From: Candidatus Latescibacterota bacterium
GTDB lineage: Bacteria; Latescibacterota; UBA2968; UBA8231
NCBI GenBank assembly: GCA_965204725.1
Contig: OZ242005.1
Coordinates: forward strand, 640,001 to 704,000
Length of the DNA stretch: 64,000 bases
Reading direction: 5' to 3'
Shown: positions 17,704 through 25,990 of the stretch, in pieces
How positions within the stretch are numbered: the first letter of the stretch is position 1
Layout of the letters: the number at the start of each line of letters is the position of its first letter
The notes under the pieces: model-generated
Databases searched by the model: none
Seen by the model: only the letters and a program-made list of their open reading frames with translations
Told to the model about the DNA's origin: nothing
Program-made: the position numbers and the translations under genes

Positions 17704-19059
17704 TCAGCAAGACGTCAAATACCTATCGATCTCCCAGCGGCTGACTTGGCTGTCGTACTCGGCCCACTCGTCGGCCTTGATCTGGAGGAACTCGTCGGCG
17801 ATAGGGCCGAGCGCGCGTTGCACCACTTCGTCTTCGCGCAGCGCGTCGAGCGCCTCGGCCAGCGACTGCGGCAAAAGCTGAATTCCGGCGGCTTGGATCT
17901 CGTCGAGGGAACGCTCGTACATGTTGCCCAGATTGGGCGCACCCGGGTCCAAGCCGCGCTCAATGCCGTCGAGCCCAGCCGCCAAATAGGCCGCCAGAGC
18001 CAAATAGGGATTGGCCGCGGCCGAGATCGTGCGGTCTTCAAAATGCCCCTCGCCCGCCGTGCGGATCATCTGCGTGCGGTTGTTGTCGCCATAGGTGATA
18101 AACGCCGGCGTCCAAGTAAAACCCGAACGGCTCGAATAGATTCCAGCACCGAGTTGCAGGCGCTTGTAACAGTTGACCGTCGGACTGGAGACCGCACACA
18201 GGGCGCGGGCGTGGTGCAAAATGCCGCCGAGGAAGTGGTAGGCCAGCGCGGAGCAGCCCAAGCCCCGCTCGTCGCCTTCGTCCAAAAAGAGATTCTCGCC
18301 CGACTGGGCGTCGGCCAGATGGTAGTGCGCGTGTAAGCCGCTGCCGGTGCGGTCGGCAAACGGCTTGGGCATGTGCGTGGCAATCGCACCGTATTTTTTG
18401 GCGATCTGGGAAGTCGCCATCTTGAAGAAGACGACGCGGTCCGAAGTCGTCAGTGCGTCGGCGTAGGCAAAGTTGACCTCAAACTGACCGTTGCCGTCCT
18501 CGTGGTCGCACTGATAGACCCCCCAGCCGAGATCATTGAGCGACGAGGTCAGCTCCTGCAAGTACGCCATGGCCGGCGACATGGAACGGAAATCGTAGCA
18601 GGGCTTGGCCAGCGAGTCCACGCCGTCTGGGTCCCAAGGCCGGATCGAGCCGCGCCGCCGCACCACGAGAAAGTGCTCTGGCTCCATGCCTACATTGAAG
18701 ACATAGCCTTGTTGCTCGGCGGCGGCGAGCACGCGCTTGAGGTTGGTGCGCGCACAATAGGGATGGGATTCCCCTTCGACGAAGAGGTCGCTGGCAAAGC
18801 GCACCGTGTTCGGCTGCCAAGACAGGCGCGCGTACGAATTGAGGTCGATCCGCGCCATCATATCGTGCGAGTGCGGCCCCTGTCCCAAGCCCCAAATAGA
18901 CGCGCCGGCAAAACCCGCGCCTTCGTCCATCGCGTCGTCGAATGCGGTCACCGGCACCATCTTCACCTTGGGTGCGCCGGTCATATCGACGAACTGTACG
19001 AGTAGAAATTCAATGCCCTCTTGGGCGAGGCGTTCTTTGATCGCAGTGCGCTCAGTCAC
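17704..19059 (-). CDS. gmaS: Gamma-glutamylmethylamide synthetase (GlnT-type glutamine synthetase homologue)
   Basis: GAGFAG, DHEDGNGQFE, MPKPF..RTGSGLH, GDNNRTQMIR; context in mgs/mgd cluster; GTG start with AGGAG RBS. Confidence 0.85.
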   Translation of the reverse strand: MTERTAIKERLAQEGIEFLLVQFVDMTGAPKVKMVPVTAFDDAMDEGAGFAGASIWGLGQGPHSHDMMARIDLNSYARLSWQPNTVRFASDLFVEGESHPYCARTNLKRVLAAAEQQGYVFNVGMEPEHFLVVRRRGSIRPWDPDGVDSLAKPCYDFRSMSPAMAYLQELTSSLNDLGWGVYQCDHEDGNGQFEVNFAYADALTTSDRVVFFKMATSQIAKKYGAIATHMPKPFADRTGSGLHAHYHLADAQSGENLFLDEGDERGLGCSALAYHFLGGILHHARALCAVSSPTVNCYKRLQLGAGIYSSRSGFTWTPAFITYGDNNRTQMIRTAGEGHFEDRTISAAANPYLALAAYLAAGLDGIERGLDPGAPNLGNMYERSLDEIQAAGIQLLPQSLAEALDALREDEVVQRALGPIADEFLQIKADEWAEYDSQVSRWEIDRYLTSC

Positions 19060-20401
19060 AGCAGGCTCCTTTTGTTGGCGTGTTTCCGGGGATCCAATCC
19101 GTCCCGGCCAAAGGGATCTTGGCCATGGCCGCGGCCTCAATGGTCAGCGCCGCCAAGTCCTCTCGGTCTAGATTGTGAACGTGCGATTTGCCGCAGGCGC
19201 GGGCCATGGTCTGGCATTCCATGGTCATTACCCGCAGATAGTTGGCAAGCTGGCAGCCACCGGCCACCGGGTCGAGACGCTGGGCCAAGGCGTCGGTCTG
19301 GGTCGAGATGCCGGCCGGGTCTTGGCCGTCCTGCAAGTCGTCGTAAAAGCCAGCCGCCGAACCAATTTGGCGGTATTCAGCGTCCAAATGCGGGCTGTTG
19401 TCGCCCAGCGCAATCAACGCGGCCGTGCCAATCGAGCAGGCGTCCGCCCCCAGTGCCAGAGCTTTGGCCACATCCGCGCCGCTGCGGATGCCCCCAGACA
19501 CAATGAGCTGCACCTTGCGGTGCATATCCAACTCATCGAGTGCTTCCACCGCTTGCCGCACGGCGGGCAGGGTCGGGACCCCCACGTGCTCAATGAACAC
19601 CTCTTGGGTCGCGCCCGTGCCGCCCTGCATCCCGTCGAGGACCACCACGTCGGCACCGGCCTTGATCGCCAAAAGCGTGTCGTAGTAAGTCCGCGCCGCG
19701 CCGATCTTGATGTAGATCGGCACCTTCCAGTCGGTAATCTCGCGCAGCTCAACTATTTTGATCGCCAAGTCGTCCGGGCCGGTCCAGTCCGGGTGCCGGC
19801 AGGCCGAGCGCTGGTCGATGTCCTTGGGCAACATCCGCATCTGGGCGACGCGGTCGCTGATTTTCTGGCCCAAAAGCATGCCGCCGCCGCCGGGCTTGGC
19901 CCCTTGGCCTAGCACTATCTCAATGGCATCGGCCTTCCGCAGATCGTCGGGGTTCATGCCATAGCGCGAGGGCAGAAGCTGATAGACCAAAATCTGCGAC
20001 TGCTCGCGCTCCTCCGGCGTCATCCCGCCGTCGCCGGTCGTGGTGCTCGTGCCCACCTCGCTGGCGCCGCGGCCGAGGGCCTCTTTGGCCTGAGCCGACA
20101 GCGAACCAAAGCTCATCCCCGCGATGGTGACGGGAATGTCGAGGTGGATCGGATTTTTGGCGTAGCGCGTCCCCAGCACCACATCGGTGTCGCAACGCTC
20201 TCGGTAGCCTTCTAACGGATAGCGCGACATGCTCGCGCCCAAAAAGACCAAGTCGTCAAAATGGGGCACTCGGCGCTTGGCCCCCCAGCCGCGGATATGG
20301 TAGATCCCGGTCCGCGCCGCACGCTGGATCTCGTAGATGACGTCGCGGCCAAAGGTAGCCGATTCGCGCAGGCCCTGTTGGCTGTGGTGTGGTTGCGTCA
20401 T
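19052..20401 (-). CDS. mgsC: N-methylglutamate synthase FMN-binding subunit
   Basis: SMSRYPLEGYRE, GQGAKPGGGG, RSACRHPDWTGPDDL, DGMQGGT. Confidence 0.9.
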   Translation of the reverse strand: MTQPHHSQQGLRESATFGRDVIYEIQRAARTGIYHIRGWGAKRRVPHFDDLVFLGASMSRYPLEGYRERCDTDVVLGTRYAKNPIHLDIPVTIAGMSFGSLSAQAKEALGRGASEVGTSTTTGDGGMTPEEREQSQILVYQLLPSRYGMNPDDLRKADAIEIVLGQGAKPGGGGMLLGQKISDRVAQMRMLPKDIDQRSACRHPDWTGPDDLAIKIVELREITDWKVPIYIKIGAARTYYDTLLAIKAGADVVVLDGMQGGTGATQEVFIEHVGVPTLPAVRQAVEALDELDMHRKVQLIVSGGIRSGADVAKALALGADACSIGTAALIALGDNSPHLDAEYRQIGSAAGFYDDLQDGQDPAGISTQTDALAQRLDPVAGGCQLANYLRVMTMECQTMARACGKSHVHNLDREDLAALTIEAAAMAKIPLAGTDWIPGNTPTKGACCD

Positions 20402-20443
20402 GATTAAGGATGAGTGGTTGGCATCCGTCCTACGCTACTAATT

Positions 20444-21142
20444 TTAGTATTGGGATGCGTTATCTATCTTGAAGTTGTATAGCTGGCGCGCCGACCCGTA
20501 GCGGCGGAACTCCTCGGGTTGCACATCAGACAAGTCCGCTCGCCCCAGCAACTCGGCCAACGCGCTTAGATGCTCGCCGCGCATGGGCTTTTCAATGCAG
20601 TCGGCCCCTAAGCCCGCGACCCGGCCGCGCACGAAAATCCGCGTTTCGTACAGGGAGTCGCCCAACGCCTCGTCGGCATCGCCGCAGACGACCAAGTTGC
20701 CGGCTTGCGCCATAAAGCAACTGCTGTGCCCGACCGAACCGCCGACCACGATGTCGATCCCCTTCATGGAGATTCCGCACCGGCTCGCCGCGTCGCCCTC
20801 AATGACCAGTAGGCCGCCGTGCCCGGTGGCCCCAGCGGACTGGCTGGCGTGGCCCTTCACTCGCACGAATCCCGACATCATGTTCTCGGCCACCCCAACC
20901 CCGACCATCCCGTGAACGGTGACGTGGGCGCGTTGGTTCATGCCGGCGCAATAGTATCCAACATGGCCTTCGATATCGATCGCCACGGGCGCATCGACTC
21001 CAGCGGCCACCGCGTGTGCCCCGCGAGGATTCAGAACCCGCCACGGCGTCTTTGCCGTCTTTTCGGTCAGGTCGTGCAGACGCTGATTGAGCTGGCGCAA
21101 CGTCCCGGTCGCCAAGTCGAACACTTCCATGCTCGTGCCCAT
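20444..21142 (-). CDS. mgsB: N-methylglutamate synthase GXGXG-repeat subunit (GlxC-like)
   Basis: GYYCAGMN, GVAENMMSG, RCGISMKG, GDSLYE, YGSARQLYNF. Confidence 0.9.
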   Translation of the reverse strand: MGTSMEVFDLATGTLRQLNQRLHDLTEKTAKTPWRVLNPRGAHAVAAGVDAPVAIDIEGHVGYYCAGMNQRAHVTVHGMVGVGVAENMMSGFVRVKGHASQSAGATGHGGLLVIEGDAASRCGISMKGIDIVVGGSVGHSSCFMAQAGNLVVCGDADEALGDSLYETRIFVRGRVAGLGADCIEKPMRGEHLSALAELLGRADLSDVQPEEFRRYGSARQLYNFKIDNASQY

Positions 21143-21145
21143 TAG

Positions 21146-21955
21146 CTAGTTCCTCGCTAGCTCAGCTACAAGCGTTGAGGGCAATGTACTGTTCGAGTGA
21201 ATTCTCTTTGCTAGGAGCCGCGACTCAACCATGGCAATATATTCTTCGTTGATGTCTGATAAAATTGCGACCCGGTTGTGTTTTAGGGCAAATGCACCTG
21301 TAGTACCAGATCCACACATAGGATCATAAATTAAATCTTCTTCCTCAGTCGTCATAAAGAAAAGAGGCTCATATACCTTTAATGGTTTTTGCGACGGATG
21401 GCCTGTTTGTTCATCGCGGCCTACAAAGCCCACCAATAAGGATGATTCTATTACGCTAGTTGGGCCGGGCATATACCTTAGCTTTCCCTTGCTTAATTTT
21501 TCTTTTTGTACGTCGTTCAAAAAGTGTTCGGGATACAGCCTTACATCCCCTTGAGAAAGGTGCAGGCAAGTATTTTGACTTGAACGCCATCCTCGAATAA
21601 CAGATGGGTTATTCTTGTAATACCAAGTGAGCCATGCGACGAGTTTATACTCCGTTGGTATGCGATTAAAGTACTGAGCTACGATCTCAGGGAAACCCCA
21701 CAAAAATACGTGGTCGGATATACCAATAAGGGCTTCGAGTATGGACACAACAAAATCATTATAATCATCTCTTATTTCTCCAAAACCTTTATTGTACCAT
21801 GGGTCGAGCATTATTATACGTGGCTTGATACCAGCTAATTTAATCCATTCGATGGATTCAAATACATCCATAGGTGGTAGTATGACAACACTGCCCTTTT
21901 TGGGTTCGCCATTGTGCGTGATCTTATCGAGCTCTGTGAAAGTCATCTGATTCAC
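21146..21955 (-). CDS. Beta-class amino (N4/N6) DNA methyltransferase, cognate of the KpnI-like endonuclease
   Basis: Motif IV DPWY precedes HPSQKP and motif I DPMCGSGTT; AT-rich. Confidence 0.85.
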   Translation of the reverse strand: MNQMTFTELDKITHNGEPKKGSVVILPPMDVFESIEWIKLAGIKPRIIMLDPWYNKGFGEIRDDYNDFVVSILEALIGISDHVFLWGFPEIVAQYFNRIPTEYKLVAWLTWYYKNNPSVIRGWRSSQNTCLHLSQGDVRLYPEHFLNDVQKEKLSKGKLRYMPGPTSVIESSLLVGFVGRDEQTGHPSQKPLKVYEPLFFMTTEEEDLIYDPMCGSGTTGAFALKHNRVAILSDINEEYIAMVESRLLAKRIHSNSTLPSTLVAELARN

Positions 21956-21957
21956 AG

Positions 21958-22665
21958 CTATTCCCTTTCCAATCTTCTGTCCTTGATTTGGTATCCAAAA
22001 TAATCGGCTAAAAAAGAGAAAACAACTTTCTTTTCTTTTTCACTTGCAGCTTGAACAATAGCATAGACATTGATTTTACCAGTTTTATCATCCCAAAAAT
22101 TCTTTTTCATAACTTGATGTCGTCCACATAACACTCTCCATTGGTTTGGATCACTTGGATCGGCCTCCGTATTTATTGAGTGAGGGGCCTTGTGGTCTGG
22201 TGTGAGTTTTGCAGCACCTCCTCCGACTGGGTCTATGTCTCCGTCTTTAAGTTCGCACCGAATACCGTCCTCCTCCCATTCACAAGAGTAGTTCGCTCTC
22301 TCCAATATCTCTAACCATACTTTATCACGTGGACGAATTCTCTTGTTTATTTTTGGCCTTTTTTCAGAGGTAGGCATAAGATATTCTTGAATTTTTAAGT
22401 CACCCCGATTCCGCCATGATAAAATTGTGTATCCAGCATCAGTTCGTAACTCCGATAATCTCTGATGCCAATTTTCAGGTTCTTTTTGGGTTACCGGGTC
22501 TCTGGCTACTTCGATTATTTGTTCGCTCAATAAAATTTTTCCAAGGTTATCGAGGAAGAGAGCTTCGATTCTCTTTTTAATACTCTTCTGATTATACGAT
22601 CTTTTTACTTCACCATACATTTTTTCTGCTTCGGAATTAAAGTGGTTTTCTTTCTTCTTTTGCAT
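21958..22665 (-). CDS. KpnI-like HNH type II restriction endonuclease
   Basis: RIEALFLDNLGK, PENWHQRLSELRTDAGYTILSWR, RANYSCEW, LTPDH, LCGRHQVMKKN match R.KpnI as I recall it. Confidence 0.82.
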   Translation of the reverse strand: MQKKKENHFNSEAEKMYGEVKRSYNQKSIKKRIEALFLDNLGKILLSEQIIEVARDPVTQKEPENWHQRLSELRTDAGYTILSWRNRGDLKIQEYLMPTSEKRPKINKRIRPRDKVWLEILERANYSCEWEEDGIRCELKDGDIDPVGGGAAKLTPDHKAPHSINTEADPSDPNQWRVLCGRHQVMKKNFWDDKTGKINVYAIVQAASEKEKKVVFSFLADYFGYQIKDRRLERE

Positions 22666-22709
22666 GTTATAATGTCCGAATTAGAGTTGAAGCGCAACCT
22701 GTAAGTAGA

Positions 22710-23612
22710 TCAGCCAGCCCCACCCCAAGTGTACACCTGCGCTGGCTTAGGCTCCCAGACCTCGGCGGCGTCAATCCCCGGTAAGCTCGACAGCGCTTGA
22801 AACTCGCTGGCCATCGCCACGTACGCGTCTGTCTCGGCTAGCACCGCTGGCTTGCAGGCAATCGGGTCGCGCAAGACCGCGAAGCCATCGGCCGTGCCAA
22901 TGGCAAAGGTATAGAAGCCGTCTAGCTCGTCGAGCGCGGTTCGTAGGGCCGCTTGCAAGGTATCCCCCTGCTGCATCCGCCACATCAAGTAGCCGGCGGC
23001 CACCTCGGAGTCGTTTTTCGTGCGGATTTCGATCCCGTTGCGCTGTAGGCGCGTGCGCAACCGGCTGTGGTTGCTCAGAGAGCCGTTGTGTACTAAGCAG
23101 AGGTCCATGCCCGTAGAAAAGGGATGAGAGCCGTCGGTGGTCACCGCGCTCTCAGTGGCCATGCGCGTATGACCGATGATGTGCGTACCGCGCATCCGGC
23201 GCACGCCGAAGCGATGGACGATCTCAGCGGGTGCGCCGATCTCTTTGAGGAGCTCAATGCGGCGGCCGATGCTCATTACCGTCAGGTCAGGGTCTGAGCC
23301 AGCGAGCATCTGCCCCAGCGAATCGGCGCGGGCGCGCACGGCGATGACTGCGTAGTTGGCGTTGACGTGCAGGGGGGCCTCGCAGCCAAAGCGCCGGCCG
23401 AGTTGGTCGGCTAGCCCCGGCCAGTCGTAATCGGCGGCCGTGTGCCGCAAGGTGACTTTGATAGAGCCTTCCGGCGGCTCCTCGCCATACAGCGCCAACC
23501 CTGCGCTATCCGGGCCGCGGTCGCTCATACATATCAGCATCTCGGCGAACAGCGCCCCGAGTTGGTCGGCCAAGCGGCGTTTTTTTATGTACAGCCCAAC
23601 AATGCCACACAT
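22710..23612 (-). CDS. mgsA: N-methylglutamate synthase amidotransferase subunit (GlxB-like)
   Basis: MCGIVG Ntn start, RGPDSAG, GHTRMATES, HNGSLSN, RDPIACKP. Confidence 0.9.
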   Translation of the reverse strand: MCGIVGLYIKKRRLADQLGALFAEMLICMSDRGPDSAGLALYGEEPPEGSIKVTLRHTAADYDWPGLADQLGRRFGCEAPLHVNANYAVIAVRARADSLGQMLAGSDPDLTVMSIGRRIELLKEIGAPAEIVHRFGVRRMRGTHIIGHTRMATESAVTTDGSHPFSTGMDLCLVHNGSLSNHSRLRTRLQRNGIEIRTKNDSEVAAGYLMWRMQQGDTLQAALRTALDELDGFYTFAIGTADGFAVLRDPIACKPAVLAETDAYVAMASEFQALSSLPGIDAAEVWEPKPAQVYTWGGAG

Positions 23613-23663
23613 TACGCGCCGGTCATTCTAAGAGGCCCAAATACAGTTTCAATGGTTCCGCGC

Positions 23664-24851
23664 TCAAATGACGGCAACGGCGTTCCGGGCCACCTCGTCC
23701 CAGTCCGGTTCCGCTGCGGGGCGGTCGCTCCAAGCTATCGACATCGCGCCGTCCTCTACGACGAGCGTACCGCGACAGTCCAGTTCCTCCTCGGCCGGAC
23801 GCGGTTGCACGCCCATAGCTTCAAAGACGGGGTCGTTGCCAACGGACAGGATGACCTGTGGATCGCCACCGTGAACCTCGACGCCGAAACTTTCGGCCAG
23901 TTGGGCCTGTTTGACTTGGCCGGTGATGCCGATGCCCCGCTGCCGGACAATATCGGCGGCCTGCAACGCCAAATACGGTGCCGTATTGTAGGGCTGCCCG
24001 CCGATGGCCCCGATCCATTCGAGGGTCAAAACCGGAAGGTCGAGGGCGTCGCACAGCTTCCTCAGCCCCATGATATCGTAGTCTTGCAGCGGCTCTTCGA
24101 TCCACCTGTAACGGCACTTCTCCAAGATGCGGCCGATTTTCACGGCCTCCTCAAACGTGTATGACTCGACCGGATCGTGAAAGAGCAGGATATCGTCGCC
24201 CAGCGTCTCCCGCATTTTCACGGCCATCTCCCCATTGCCTCTCACGCCCCGATACGAATGATCCTTGCAGCCGATAAATCCTTCTTCTTCCACTCGTTTG
24301 ACCGCATGGGCCACCACGTCGTCGATGGTTCGGCCGCCGACATTGCAGTAGGCGGGGACGCTTTCGCGGCCGGCCCCGAGCAGCTTGTAGATCGGGAGGC
24401 GAGCACAGCGGCTTGCCAAGTCCCACAACATCCGGTCGATGGTATCGAGCAGCCCCCTTCCCGTGTACATGAACCGCTGGGCCATCCAAAACCGCTGCCA
24501 GATGTATTCCCGGTCGAAGGCATCCACGCCGATGAGCATGTGGGCATACCGGGCCAAAAACGCCTTGGCCTGCCATTCCAATTCCCGGGGATCGAAACCC
24601 GTAGCATAGTCGGCGTACGCATCTAGTTCGCCGTCGGTCACGAGGCGGATCATCAGGCGGTACGTGGGCTCGGGTTCTGCGCCGACGAACGAAAATCCCT
24701 CGGGCGCGGCGGCCCCGAATCCTTGGTCGTGGGTAAGCAGCCCGGAGATGCCCGGCGGCACCGGGGCGATGCTTCCTCTGGCCGCGCAGCCTTCCTGCCG
24801 CGTTGCGGGTTCACCTTTCAATAGATAACACTTGACAGCGCGAATTTGCAT
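23664..24851 (-). CDS. Mandelate racemase/enolase-superfamily protein
   Basis: IDRMLWDL...LPIYKLLG, D-P-V-E, WIEEPL, metal-ligand pattern. Confidence 0.8.
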   Translation of the reverse strand: MQIRAVKCYLLKGEPATRQEGCAARGSIAPVPPGISGLLTHDQGFGAAAPEGFSFVGAEPEPTYRLMIRLVTDGELDAYADYATGFDPRELEWQAKAFLARYAHMLIGVDAFDREYIWQRFWMAQRFMYTGRGLLDTIDRMLWDLASRCARLPIYKLLGAGRESVPAYCNVGGRTIDDVVAHAVKRVEEEGFIGCKDHSYRGVRGNGEMAVKMRETLGDDILLFHDPVESYTFEEAVKIGRILEKCRYRWIEEPLQDYDIMGLRKLCDALDLPVLTLEWIGAIGGQPYNTAPYLALQAADIVRQRGIGITGQVKQAQLAESFGVEVHGGDPQVILSVGNDPVFEAMGVQPRPAEEELDCRGTLVVEDGAMSIAWSDRPAAEPDWDEVARNAVAVI

Positions 24852-24873
24852 GGCATCCTGAGCCGGTTGGGGG

Positions 24874-25953
24874 TCAGCCTCCGATCTGAATCCGTTCCGC
24901 AGTGTGCTCCTCGACCGCGGCGAGATCTACTTCCATGCCCAGTCCCGGCGCGTCGGCAATCTCGATGTACCCATCGCATATCTGTAGTGGATTCTCGATA
25001 AACGGCGCAGAGGACATGCCAGCGCTCACCTCTAAGAAGGGCGTGTTCCGGCTAGTGCCCGCGATATGCAGATGGGCGAAACCGTCGCAGAGCCCCAAAC
25101 CGTCTAGATGGCAGTAGGCCCCAAAGGCTTCGGCGCAGCGAGCGGACTTGAGCACATTCGTTAGGCCGCCGGCCCGGGTTACCTCGGTGCGCACGTGGTC
25201 GGCGGCTTGGGCCGCCATGACTTGGGCCGCTTCTATGGGACGGGACACGCCCGTGCTCGTCGGGGTATCGAGCGCCGCGGCTACCTGCCGACCGCCGGAC
25301 CTATCGCCGTCGGGACGCGGCTGGTCAAAACAGAAAAAGTCTGCGGCGTCGAGCGCCCGGCCAATCCGTATCGCTTGGTCAATGACCCACCGCGCCCGAC
25401 CGTCGAACAACAGGCAGAAATCCGGCCCTACGGCCCGGCGCACGTCGCGTATTAGGTTGACGAACGCGGCTTCGTCCAACTGAGCGTCGAATTTGTACGC
25501 CTTGAAACCTGCACGCTGCGCTTCCCGCGCTTCCTCCACGATCTCTTCCGCCGAGCTTTGCTCCGCGCCCCTCCGGCAAACCGGAATGCGATTGCGAAAG
25601 CCATTGACATACCGATGAACCGGCTGGCCAGCGGCCTTCGCCGCGAGGTCCCACAAGGCGATGTCGATACCGGCGCGCAGGGCGACCGGCACCCTTTCAT
25701 CTACTTCGTTGAACGCCAGCCATATCCGTTCGCGGTCCACGGGATTCGCCCCGAGGAGGATGGAGGCCGCTTCGGCCACATCGGCCTCAGAGAGCGGGGC
25801 CGCAACCCCGGTGCAGCGACCTTCCAACCCCGCATCGGTCAGAACGCGCAACAGACCGGCCGGCTGGTGTACGACGATTCGGGATATAATCATGGGCTTT
25901 TTAGGGATGTATCCGCTGTGAATGATCGGCGTGGAGTATAGATTGTCAGACAT
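24874..25953 (-). CDS. Mandelate racemase/enolase-superfamily protein (divergent)
   Basis: GIDIALWDLAAKAAGQPV, GFKAYK, PGLGMEVD. Confidence 0.78.
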   Translation of the reverse strand: MSDNLYSTPIIHSGYIPKKPMIISRIVVHQPAGLLRVLTDAGLEGRCTGVAAPLSEADVAEAASILLGANPVDRERIWLAFNEVDERVPVALRAGIDIALWDLAAKAAGQPVHRYVNGFRNRIPVCRRGAEQSSAEEIVEEAREAQRAGFKAYKFDAQLDEAAFVNLIRDVRRAVGPDFCLLFDGRARWVIDQAIRIGRALDAADFFCFDQPRPDGDRSGGRQVAAALDTPTSTGVSRPIEAAQVMAAQAADHVRTEVTRAGGLTNVLKSARCAEAFGAYCHLDGLGLCDGFAHLHIAGTSRNTPFLEVSAGMSSAPFIENPLQICDGYIEIADAPGLGMEVDLAAVEEHTAERIQIGG

Positions 25954-25990
25954 GCGATGTCAACGCTCTATTCGACCGCACCACCCCAAA

